Shown here piece after piece: positions 24,335-35,300 of a stretch of DNA of 64,000 bases (position 1 is its first letter; every line of letters starts with the position of its first letter). Position numbers and translations under genes: made by a program. The DNA is from Vicugna vicugna (lineage: Eukaryota). The stretch is taken from NCBI GenBank assembly GCA_013265495.1, contig MU057801.1:2696765-2760764 (forward strand), read 5' to 3'. The notes beneath the pieces are model-generated. The model was given only the letters and a program-made list of their open reading frames with translations. It was not told the origin of the DNA and made no database searches.

Positions 24335-24874
24335 TTCATTTTTATTCTGCTTTACAAATTTTTTTTATTTCTGCTTGTATCCTCTTTTTTGGGTTTCCTT
24401 GGGAGCTTTTCACTTGGCAAAATTTCATGAACATACTTCCACATAAACATGCCCTGTTATTACCTTGTTTAGTGGCTGCGCGGTATTTTATTTTCGATTG
24501 TGATGTATATAAGTTGCACAGGTTACTGGCTCCTGCCCCAAATCTGAACCCCAGAGAAACTGGGGAGAGAGATGGAGAAGACGCTTCCTGACCCTTCCCC
24601 AGCACCTGCTCTCCTGCGCCAGCCGCGGACCCCAGCCGCGATCGCTACACACGAGAACAAATGAAAAAAGGCAGGACGTTGTTCCTGTGGCTGCAGGAAG
24701 GATGGGTGGCGTTTAATTTTCACAACCGTGTGCAGAGGGGCCGCAGCCTGGGTGTGAGGTTCTTCAGATGTGAGGTTTCAGGGACAAGGAGGTGGGGAGC
24801 CCCTGGCGGGGGCAGCAGGAAGAGAGCTGCAGGCAGGACAGACAGCGCCTGAGACTCAAGCACATCACACAACG

Positions 24875-24880
24875 TTTATT
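24875..24880 (-). terminator. Probable VSX1 polyadenylation signal AATAAA
   Basis: AATAAA on the minus strand about 740 nt after the stop, followed by GT-rich GTTGTGTGATGTGCTTG. Confidence 0.55.
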
Positions 24881-25619
24881 TTTAAACAATAAATAAGCGG
24901 CCAAGGAAATACAGGAAAGGAAGCATTCATGAAATCAAGTCACTAAAGTGCTCTCAGACATAAACTTTAAATAGCCAAGAAGCCTGGTCTGACCTTAAAA
25001 CTCTGCTCATAAACATTCAGCGGTTGTTGGGATGTGGTCGTGTGCTGTTTCAGCAGGGAAGGGCGAGGCTTTCTTTGTCAAAGTTCCGAGGCTCACAGAC
25101 CCCATCAAATGACACTCGGGAGGATACAAAGTCATTGCCTAACAGGAAAACGGAAATGTCCAAAGCCAAGTTCAAGGTGAAGATCCTAGAATTCCTTCAT
25201 ATGAGGTCTGCAAGAGGTCTTCACTATTTATGAAGACATATGATTCTCTGTAGGTTGAATATTTTTGTATTTAATATTCTTCGATCAGAGTAAGGATGTC
25301 GGACGTAACCTGATAATCTACACAGTATATCCCGTGATGTCTGGCAGTGAAAACGGTTTCTGGACTTCAGATCTTCCTTCCTCAAGTCCCAGATGAGAAT
25401 AAAAGTTTTACTCCAAATTAACTGGTTCAAGTGCCTTTAAGGAGCGCCTTCCATTCTAGAATAAAGTTGAGTTTTCACCCATTTGTCTCCTTTAAGCAAG
25501 TGGCTTTGCAGCTCATCCCAACAGCGTAAGAAGAAACCCAGCTGGGAGTATTTGTCTTTTGGACAAAACGGGTGAGGCAGGTGCCCGTGCCCAGCCTCTG
25601 AGGGGGGCCTGTGGCCTCG

Positions 25620-25915
25620 CTAGGGCCCCTTCTTCCCCAGCTGGAGCCCCTCTGGCCCCTCAGAGTCTGAACATCCTTGGCCACTGGCCCCCTGCTGTGC
25701 TTTCTTGGTCTCCTGCCGGGCGGAGCTGGACAGGTCGATGGCCACGTCTTGCAGGCCACTCTCAGGGCTGCCTCCCTCCGAGCCCCTCTGGGGTCCTGCC
25801 TGACCCAGGCCAGAACCTTCCTTGAGACAGTCAGCGTGGTCACAGCCCCATGGTCCTGCCAGCTTTTCTTCACCTTCTGCTTTCCTTTTCATCCCTGTGG
25901 ATTTTTTATACATCC
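25620..25915 (-). CDS. VSX1: VSX1 coding exon 5 (296 bp including TAG)
   Basis: Poly-T tract + gcaAG acceptor. Encodes (G)MYKKSTGMKRKAEGEEKLAG...LQDVAIDLSSSARQETKK...GKKGP*, including the VSX1-specific DVAIDLSS motif. Confidence 0.93.
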
Positions 25916-26923
25916 CTTGCAAAAAAAAAAAAAGGAAAATAAATAACACGTTACCTCTAAATCTAGCAATTAAGTAAACTTCTTCACGTCATTGTTCTCG
26001 AAATCCCATTAGCATTTCCCTTGTTGTTGCCCGTCTCCAGCGCTGCCAGGGGAGTCTCCTAGGTAACTCTCCACACTAGCGGTTGTAGACGGGTGTCTGC
26101 CCACTGGGCACGGCCAGGAAAAGTGCCTTGTTTGGATGACATGGTGATTTCTGAAATTTTATTTTAAAATGTGTTGACAATGGTTTAAAATCAGGAGATT
26201 TACATCAAAATTCAGACTTGCAGCTTCTCTCAAAAAGTCAAATGTCCAGCCACACTAGGCCCACCTTCTTGTCAGGCCACGGACCTGCGGATGCAGTGAG
26301 CACCACATCCACCTGCTCTGTAAGTTCAGAGGGGTGGGCTCGGGTACCCGCCCCACACTCCCCAGAGGTTCTCCAATCCTTGACAGCAAAGACCGTATTT
26401 ATGACTGGCATCTCCAGTCCCAGCCTAGTGTCCGGTGGGTAGGGGTCAAAAAATGTCTGCTAAGCAAACCCCTCCTCCTCCTCAGCCCAAAATGCCCCCA
26501 GCTCCCTGGTCTCTGATCTCCCACTCTGCCCAGGTGCCTTCCGTCTCACTCCTCCAAGCCCGTGGTCTCTGGGAACAGCCAACAGACCGTCCGGGTGCCC
26601 AGCGCCCGAGCTCAGGGCGCCAGTGTAAGCGGGGTTAACTGTCCCCAGGGCCGCTGCCCGCACCCCCTGCCTCCTACCGCCGAGCTCTGCGCTCTGCCAG
26701 CCGTCAGCATCGGGAAAACACATTTCACATCGCTCAGCTCACAAACCGGGGCGGCTGGGCCTCTCCGCACAGTCGACACAGTTCCGACGGAAAACAAGCC
26801 AGCTGGGCAGAGTCCAAGCCTCGTGCTTAACTGAAAAGCGGGTGTGACGTCCTGGGCCTGCAGCTAGGACGCTCACGCCGCTCTGCCCGCGGCGGCCGCC
26901 GGCGTGGGCCCGCCCCTCCTTAC

Positions 26924-27089
26924 CCAGGAGCCAGGGCGCGCCCGGGGCCGCGGGGCCGCGCGCGCCGTCGGGCCGCGGGAGGCAGTGCCGCACCATCGCG
27001 CCGTACAGCCCGTACTCCGCCATCGCGCTGCTGCCGCCCCAGCGCTTCTCCCGCTTCCGCCACTTGGCCCTGCGGTTCTGGAACCAGAC
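26924..27089 (-). CDS. VSX1: VSX1 coding exon 4 (166 bp): homeodomain helix 3 and CVC domain
   Basis: cttccAG acceptor. Encodes [55 protein letters not shown](G). Donor G|GTAAGG. Confidence 0.95.
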
Positions 27090-27345
27090 CTGGAAGGAGG
27101 CGCGGGAAGCAGAGGGCTGACGGGTCGGGGCGCCCGGGGCCGGGCTGCCGGGGGCTCGGGGACTGGCTGGGCTGGGCGAGCGTGCCCGGTTTCCACCGAG
27201 GCGCCCATAGAGTCGAGGTGGACAAAACAAAACGAGAGCTTTCCACACCGTGTAACTGACTGGAGCCGTTCGCCCCAGCGATGGCCGCTTCGAACCGCGG
27301 GTTGGCGCTTGCTCTGTCTCAATAAAAGAACAGTGCGGGGTGTCA

Positions 27346-27474
27346 TTTTTGCTGCTGTTGTTTGGGGAGGGAGGGAGGGAGGTTCGTGTATTTGCTTATT
27401 TCTTTAATGGAGCGACGGGGAATTGCACCCAGGACCTCGTGCACAAGCTATACCACGGAGCTGTCCCCTCCCCC
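27346..27474 (-). mobile_element. Degenerate tRNA-derived SINE in VSX1 intron 3
   Basis: aattgcacccaggacctcgtgcacaagctataccacggagctgtcccctcccc resembles the other vic-1-like copies, with an internal deletion. Confidence 0.75.
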
Positions 27475-27986
27475 TGGGTGATGCTAAGCTGTTACAAAAG
27501 TGAGTTGGTGGCCTGTCTTCTGACCTGGAGAGAATGTGCCGTCTGCACAGAGGCTGAGCAGACGCACGCCAGCTTTCTGTGAAGACAAAGACCAATGCCA
27601 GGAGTGGAATGAGTGTGTTCCAGGGCTAGACGTGCACTTGGTGTGGGGACCGTGTGCAGAAAAGCCACACCGGGCTCTTTACACCGGTTTCTTTGAGGGT
27701 TTGCAGGGGAGGGATGGTCTTTTTTTTCCCGGGGAGCGGCACATAGTCTGCAGGTGCAGCACATGAGGAGTAATTTTTACGTATTTAATAAAAGGGAACA
27801 AGGCTTGGAGGTTCCGGGGTCATCCTCTCCTCATGCACACAAAGCGAAGCTCTGGCACCTGAGTGCCCCTGGGTTTGTGCATTGGGGGGGTGCGTTGGGC
27901 GGTTTAGCGGTGGCTGTGGGCCGACTCACTGCGTGTGAGGGAAGCACTTTCACTGGTGTCTTTGGGAGGAGAAAGGAGCCCAGCAC

Positions 27987-28110
27987 CTGTATTCGGTCTT
28001 CGGGGAGTTCGGTTTTCACAGCCAGCATTTCCCGGGCGTACACATCAGGATAGTGGGCCTCGCCGAAGGCCTTCTCCAGCTCTTCTAGCTGGTGGGCAGT
28101 GAAAACAGTC
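27987..28110 (-). CDS. VSX1: VSX1 coding exon 3 (124 bp): homeodomain helices 1-2
   Basis: ccccgcAG acceptor. Encodes (R)[41 protein letters not shown]. Donor CAG|GTGCTG. Confidence 0.96.
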
Positions 28111-28549
28111 CTGCGGGGAGGCCCCAGCGCACACTTGGGCGAGTGTTCACAGGGTGTGGCCAGGCTTCCCAGCCTGGGAGGGCCCTGTGCAGGCCCCATC
28201 TTGTCCACTGCCTGAAAGTCCACCTCTTAATAACTGGACACCTCACCTCTGAGTGATTCGCCTCTGGAAAGTCCACAAGTTGGTTCAGACAAAACTAAAT
28301 TAGGGTCCTTTTTTCTCCTCAATGAACTCCATCAACTTATTCTAAGAAGACCCATTTTAAAGGCCCACAATATTGGATCTTTAAAATGCTACAAAGACTG
28401 ACCAGCAGCCCCCTGGGAATGGCAGAATTTTGTCCCCACACGGCTCCTGTGCCTTTCCTGCTGCAGACCAGGAGGCCCTGGGCCCGCGGTAATGCAGGAC
28501 CAGACATTCTCAGATGCCGGGTCCCAAGGATGGGGTCAGGGGCCAGTAC

Positions 28550-28628
28550 CTGTGTCTCCGCTTCTTCCTCTTGCCGGGGGCGGGGGACGCCCTCAGGTCA
28601 CTCCTATCTTCAGCTGGACTGTCCTCAT
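28550..28628 (-). CDS. VSX1: VSX1 coding exon 2 (79 bp) with basic NLS KRKKRRHR
   Basis: ttctcctgtgctatcAG acceptor. Encodes (D)EDSPAEDRSDLRASPAPGKRKKRRH(R). Donor CAG|GTACTG. Phases fit exons 1 and 3. Confidence 0.94.
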
Positions 28629-28864
28629 CTGATAGCACAGGAGAAAGAGAGGACCTTAAAAGTGTATTTTTCACTTTATTTTCGGGGTTTCAGTTTGACG
28701 CTGTGAACTGTCAGGGACTGTGAACATTCACCGATACCAGCTAGCATTTTTCGCACTCTCCGTATCCCAGACGCTGTGCTAGCATTACGCATAGCACATA
28801 GCGCATTGCGCATGCATCATCACGTTCTACTTAAACTGGAGGAACTCCAAGGCAGCTGCCCTAT

Positions 28865-28985
28865 GATTCTCTGGTCCAGAGGAGGAAACCCAGGCAGAGA
28901 GAGACTGAGTAACTTGCCCAAGATCACACAGGTAGTCAGCAGTGAAGTGGGGATATGAGACTGTGCGAAGCCAAGGCTACTTGAA
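28865..28985. mobile_element. MIR SINE core
   Basis: cagaggaggaaacccaggcagagagagactgagtaacttgcccaagatcacacaggtagt. Confidence 0.7.
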
Positions 28986-29424
28986 CACAACTGCATTTCC
29001 TGTCCCCTTCAGCTTCCAAATTCATCCACTTCTTCATCTTAACCAATTCACCAACCTTTCTCCAAGGGATGGCTGAGGTTGTGACATCAGGACCCTCATC
29101 AGAGCTAGCCACTGCCCTACCAATTCCCAGTCTCTGGAAGTGGGTGCTGGGAAACTCACTCTTGATAAGTGTGCCCAGATGAGTTTTAGATGCACGTGAA
29201 AAATTTTCAGAAACCGCTGTTCTTTATCTTTTGAAATCCATTACATCAAAAGATCTAGGTGTAAAGGAAGAAGGCCAAACTATTGTCAGATTCCTTGTTA
29301 AAAAGCATATTTGCTTCAAAATACTAAAAAAAATTAATAAAGGCAAAACAGTAAAAAAATAGTATTAGTTTTACCCCTATATCAACTAGCTCACCAGACA
29401 ATTGGATTTTAATATAACATCCAT

Positions 29425-29715
29425 GCTGTCCAGTCTGGAACCATTAGACACATCAGGTTATTAAGACGTGAAATGGGGCCAGTCTGAACTGAGAACTGCT
29501 GCAAACGTTAAATATTCAGTGGATTTAGAAGACTTCATACATCCCAAAAGTAAAATACTATTTTTATATTGGCCACATATAAAATGATATTTTGTATGTA
29601 TTGGGTTAAGTAAGATACAGTATTTAGGTTTTTCACCTGTTTCCTTTTCCTTTTTGATGTGGCTTGGAGAAATTTTCATCACACTCACAGTCACCCGATA
29701 CTTCTGTTCACTAGA
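29425..29715. mobile_element. MER33/MER3-like hAT-Charlie remnant in VSX1 intron 1
   Basis: gctgtccagt...gatattttgtatgtattgggttaagtaagata...tttcacctgtttccttt...atgtggct. Confidence 0.6.
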
Positions 29716-30694
29716 GTTCCTCTCCATCTTGCAGAAGTGCCCCCAGACCAGGAGGCAGCTGTATCTTAGTTTTATCTGTGCTCAGATGGAAAGAACCCAC
29801 CCTATGAAGGTGGTTTCTGCATTTTAAGTGGAACAGCTGACAGGGGGTTCATTTCCTCTTACCTAGAGACTCACGAAGTAAAGCCCTTTTAGAGCTGAGT
29901 GACAGCCTGCTGACCCCGCCTGCTTCCTCCGTCAGTGGAGACCAACATACTTTTTTGCCTTAGCCGCCTGGATGCTCAGCTCTAGGATCTACTGCACAGT
30001 TTCTCTCTGCCCACGCTTTCTCATGGAGCTCTCTTCCCCAGAACCCACACCTCTCAATTCCTTGGCCCTGTCTATAGATTTACACTGCTCCTTTCTTCTC
30101 CCCACAATCTGCCCCGACTTCTCTGAGGAACCGGGCGGGCTCGGAACAAAACACCGGGCACGACCACAGTAAGATGGGCGCGCTTGTTCCTCGCGTGCCG
30201 GGAGGAGCGGCGAAGCGCAGTACGCAGACTCCCTTTTCAGCACCGGGAGGAGGACAGTTCCAGGCCTTCGCCCGGGGCTCTTCTGGGGCCCTTCAATACG
30301 GCAATCAATTCAGTGAACGCCGGAGTTCCCCCAGGAACCGGGTTCGGTGCTAATGACGAACGAGGCAGGCCCAGACCTCCCGACCTCCGCCGTTCCCGAG
30401 GCCGAGACTCGCACGGGCCGAGGGAGAGGCCCTCGGAGACTGTGGCCAGGTCTTCGAGACCCCACTGCCGGTCCAGACTGGCCAGGGTGGTGTCCGCGAG
30501 GGTACGGCGACCAGGCCCGGAGGAGAGGCAGGGATGTGGGAGAGGCCAAGGGGAGGAGGGTGCGGCTGCGAGGACACGCTCCCCGACGGGGCCACGCTTT
30601 GGGGTCCCGACTTCCCTGCATCCGGGGCGCTGGTGCTACCCAGTGCGCGGGAGCCGAGGGCAAGGACAGGAGCGCCAGGGAACAGTCTCATTAC

Positions 30695-31118
30695 CGGACG
30701 TCGAGACGCTCTCGCTGCGCTTCTGGCGGGCGGCGGGGGTCGGCGGGCAGCCGGGGGCTTGCGGTGCCGGGGGCTCAGGCCCCTCGGGCGGCAGGAACGG
30801 CACGTCGGCGAGGAGCAGGCAGGGTGCCCTGGCGGCCGCAGGCGGCTGCGCCCCGAAGCCGCAGAGGATGCCGAGCCCTAACGGGAGGGCCCCGCGGGCC
30901 AGGCAAGAGCCCCCGAGCCCTGGATCCCCGCAGGGCGCGGCCACCGGGCCTTCGCAGTCCGATCCCGGCCTGGGACCCGCAGGTGCGGGCAGCTCTGCCT
31001 CCAGGTCCAGCAAGTCGTTGATGGCGAAGCCCCGTGGGCGCGAGCCGGCGGGGGGCCCTCCAGGCACCAGCGCCTTACTCCTGGCACGCCCGTCGAAAAA
31101 CGCGTCCCTGCCTGTCAT
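30695..31118 (-). CDS. VSX1: VSX1 coding exon 1 (424 bp), visual system homeobox 1
   Basis: Kozak gccATGa. Encodes MTGRDAFFDGRARSKALVPGG...RPRGFAINDLLDLEAEL...LPLGLGILCGFG...CLLLADVPFLPP...RQKRSESVSTS. Donor G|GTAATG. Confidence 0.96.
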
Positions 31119-31188
31119 GGCTTCTCAGGCGGCGAGACCGGACCCTCTCTCAGTCACCTTTGCGGAAGGGGCGCAGTTCTGAGGCCGC

Positions 31189-31254
31189 TTTATACAGCCG
31201 GGCCACCAGCCGGGCGCCAGGAGAGCTCCAATCAGCGGGGCGCCGACGCGTCAC
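31189..31254 (-). promoter_or_regulatory. VSX1 core promoter: TATAAA (31189-31194), CCAAT box (31228-31232), CRE-like TGACGCGT (about 31246-31253), within a CpG island at about 30130-31310
   Basis: Motifs seen directly, in canonical order, 70-135 bp upstream of the ATG. Confidence 0.7.
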
Positions 31255-32305
31255 GCCCGGGACCCCGCGAGATGGGGACGCCACCAGTTCCCCTCCCTTC
31301 GGGCGCCGCCCTCCCAGCTGCAGTCCCCTCAATCAGCTCCTTCTCCCTTCTCCCTTCTCCTTCCCAGCTGTCCCCGGCCCACCCCACCCCCATTCTCGGT
31401 GGGAGGAAAGCAGGGAGGGGGCGACCCGGATCTCTGCCCGTCCCTCTCAATGCCGCAGGTTCCCTCCCCTTCCTGATTCTCGATTCTTGGGTGGGGGCCC
31501 CAGCCCGCAGCTGCCAAGGAGCTTTCCTCCCCATTCTAGTCCCCCATCAAGACCAGGGCCCCATTCCCAGCCACACGCTCGCGGCTACCACCAACACCAA
31601 CCCCACCAGCCCTCCAAAGCCACCGCCAGAGCCAAGAAGGCGGTCCCTGAAAATCCCAAGGGGAAAGGAGTGGAAAACTTCTAATGCCCACTCCACCTCC
31701 AGGCAAACGCACCCCAGAGCTCTAATGGCCGGGGTAGGGGTCCCAAAATTCACAGGATGGGGTGGAGAGAAGGGTAGTAGCAGGGGCTGGAGTGGACAGA
31801 CCAGCCGAGGCAGCGGGAAAGAGCGCCAAGTTTAGCAAACTGAATTATAGAAGGTCCAGAGAACTCAGAATTTCAGATAATCTTAATTTTTTAGTACAAG
31901 TATGTACCAGTATTTTATCTGGTGACAGCTAAATGGGGAGGGCAAATTAGAAAATAGGGCCATCCGTCTTCACGGAGAATAGCAAGTAACTGTCAGATTT
32001 TATGATTATTCAGAGAAAGCCTGATTTTTCACGTGAAACGCCTCTATTTGTTAAAGTTGGGGCCAAACGAAGCACGTGGGTAAACCTCTGCTGCCTCACT
32101 CGAGGGAAGCAATGACCCATCCAGCCCGACTCTCTCGGGGGGGGGGGGTGGCCCTTCTCTCACAGGGACCCTGGGAAGCAGGACCCCTCAGTCCCACCCC
32201 TGAGGGCGAGCGGCTGCTCTCCCTGCGCCGAGGGAACGCCTCCAGCAGCTCTGTGCGAACGACCCAGCCGAGCCCAATCCGAGCGAGAGCCGGAGCCAGG
32301 GCTGG

Positions 32306-32362
32306 ACCGGAACCCGAACCGGAGCCCGAACCGGAGCCCGAACCGGAGCCGGAGCCGAGCCC
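32306..32362. repeat. Short GC-rich tandem repeat (CCCGAACCGGAG)n
   Basis: ccggaacccgaaccggagcccgaaccggagcccgaaccggagccggagccgagccc. Confidence 0.85.
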
Positions 32363-35300
32363 GCAAAGTGGATCTGCGGCCGGCGGCACCTTGAGATGGG
32401 TCCTCTGCAAAATCTGCGGATTAAACGAGGGGCTTCCGGTAAAGATAATTACGAGACCGCGCATTAACTTTTCATTATTAAAAGAAGACCCAAATCTCCC
32501 TCGCAAGCTGTCCTCGGGATTAGAAACACAGTAACTTTCCCTTGGGATAACTGTCCTCTGAGTCGCTCAGGGTCGGGGCGGCTTTAGATGCTGGCATCGG
32601 TTTTGGCTCCATCAGGAATTTCTCTCCAAATCTATCTCTGGGTTTAGTGGAAGGTGTTGGGGGTGCAGGACCCAGCCAAGATGCTCTGGCTCTTGGCCCC
32701 GCAGAGCAGTAGTTTGTAAATCAGAATTTGGGGCCGCAGTTAAGGAACGACAGCAAATGCCGCTCGCGCAGTTGCAGGCTGTCTGGGGCTGGTGGGCGGG
32801 ACACTCGGCCTAAGGCTGCAGCTTGGGGGCCCGCGGCACCCCCTCACCTGGGCCTGGGTCTCAAAGTCTCTGTCCTCCAGCCCCTGCCAGGGGAAGCCTC
32901 CAGCAGCTGGCCAGGGACTCAGAGGTACCAAAAGGCCGGCCTGGAGAAGCCCAACTTCAGCTGTCCCGCCAGGCGACCCCCGCTCAGTGCCGGCAGCGCA
33001 CCGGTCTCCAGCCCCTTCGGAAGGATACTACAAAATCCATTCTGCAGATGACAGGAACTGACGGGTATTAAACCTGCTCACATCGGACACGCGGAGAGAA
33101 ACCCGGAAAGCGAAGCAGAGAGACCCGGGAGGTCCAGGGTCAGGGCTGTAAGGGGGCCTTGCGCTCCTGGCAGGAGAGTCCTGCCGCCGCCTCCGGCCCC
33201 ACCTTCAGGAAGGGGCCCGCGGGAGCCGCCAGGATGGAGGCGGAGCCCAGCCCTGCAGCGCCTTCCTCTCCGCTGCGTGGCGAAGGCCAGAACACAGAGC
33301 GAGAGGACACTGTCACTGCCCCTTACCCCGTGAGAACCCCGTCCCCCCACCACGCTAGTCAGGCCCCACTCCCACCACCAGCTGCTAGAGGGGATCGCGG
33401 GTCCACCAGCGCCCCAGACTGCGGGATCGGCTCAGAGCCCCGATTCCCGGAGATCCCAACTCCGCAGCGCGAGCCGGCGGCGCGCTCCACCTGGCGTCCG
33501 CCCAGGTGGGGCAGGCGCGTCCAGCGGTTTAGGAGACTTGGAGGGAGCGAGCCGGCCCGAGTCCCCCCACGTTCCGCGTGTCCCGGGCGGGGCGCCCCAG
33601 GCGGGTGCCCAGTCTACGCGGTGGGCGACAGCGTTGGAGAACTCCTCCTCCGCCGGCAGGGTGGAAAGGAGCCTCCTCCCAGCCCCCTCCCTCCATACGC
33701 AAATCTGGGGCCAGAGCCAGAGCCAGAGCCCCTCATGCGTCCCCGCCCGGGTCACCCCCCACAGTCGCTTTGGAACCCTAAATCCGTTAAGGGGTCTGGA
33801 TCTGCCTTCATCAACCAGGATTATCTGGGATTTTACTAATCAGTAAAGGTTTCTCCACCCATTATTTTCCAGGGAAGGATTCCAGCCCCTGTCTGTGGCC
33901 AGCCACCAACGCGCACTCCACCTCCCTCACTCGCCCTGCCTCAGTGCGTCTGGCCCTTTCCTTCTCCAGGCCAAGGCTGGACGGGGTGTTAGTGGCTCAA
34001 CAGACACCAGTCTCGGGCTTCCGGAGCCGCCCGCCAGGCTGGTATAAAGCACAGATGCTCTGGGAGTGGGACGCCCACCGTTAATGGGGTATGGTGCCTG
34101 TCTGCACCACCACCGCGTCCTAGGGCTCCGCTCCTCTGGGGTCTCCTCCCGCCTCTGCCCCCCTCCGTTGCTTTTGGGTCCCCTTGAAAGGCTGTTGTAG
34201 CAGACACTGTTCTCATCTGTGCGCTGACCCCTCTGCCCACAGCTTGCAGGTCCTCTGGTGCCCAGGCCAGACGACCTCCCCGGCAGCTTCCTCTGGTCTC
34301 CAGAATCCACTTCGCCCACTGGTCAGAGGTGACAAGGAGTGACACACCCTGCGAGGCCCAGAACCAAGGACAGGCAGGAATCGGAGTATAAACACATTCC
34401 ACCCTGCCTCCCAGAAGTCCCCAGCCAGGTCTGCGCTGGTCACCACCAATTCTCACATCCCGTGTCACTCTCTTCCTCAGTGCCGTGGGTGCCCCAGACC
34501 CCCTGTCCTGGACTCCTGCACCTCCCTCACCCCACACCACCCGGTCCCCCACCCCAACGAAGGCTGTTGACAGCTCAGCACTGCCCCCAATCAGGAGAAT
34601 CGGCCTTTGCTGACAAAAGCCCCTAACCCAGGCCACAAGTACCCACACCCACCCACACACACACAACATCTGATGGGCTGACATGACAAGGTGCAGGGCT
34701 GTCCCCTCCCCCTCAAAGGGACAACTCTGCAGAGCAGTTTCTGCTCCAAACCCCTCCCAGGTCATGGGTCAGCCAGGCCTAAGTGTTCATCCTGGTCCAC
34801 ACTTTCTCCCCTCTACAGCCGTCCCCCCCACCTAAAGCTCAAGCATCCAGACCCTGCTTCCAGATCTGCTTCCAGAGACCCTCTCGTGTCTCTCTGTCAT
34901 ACTCCCCTCCCGTGTTGCCTGAGGTCACCTCCCAGGTGAACTGCTCACTGGGCAAGCCCAGCTGGCATCCACACTGTGGAAACACACACATCACATCTCA
35001 GGCTCCCCATGGCCACCGTTCTCCCTCCCTCACGGGGGTCCCAGGTGCTGTCAGCATCTGCTCACCGAAAGCTCCCAGCCCTGGCTGTGCCCCAGAAGCC
35101 CAGGCCCCTATCGCCTATGGCCGCCTGGACATCTGTCCCCAAGCACCCGGGAGCACTGGATTCAGCCTCTTTCCCCCAAGTCTCCCCAAATATTCGCCTC
35201 CACCCAGGGGCCCCAACAGGACCCCGAGTATCATCCTTGACGCTTCACTCTCCCCGCCAGGTCAACCTCCAATTACTAAACTAAGCTGAGCAGAACAGCA

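Noticed and set aside
30184..31182. 332-aa ORF antisense to VSX1 exon 1
   Set aside because: Shadow ORF of a GC-rich coding exon with no recognisable domain.
32076..32534. ORFs containing (PE)n / (GS)n repeats
   Set aside because: Products of a short non-coding tandem repeat upstream of VSX1.
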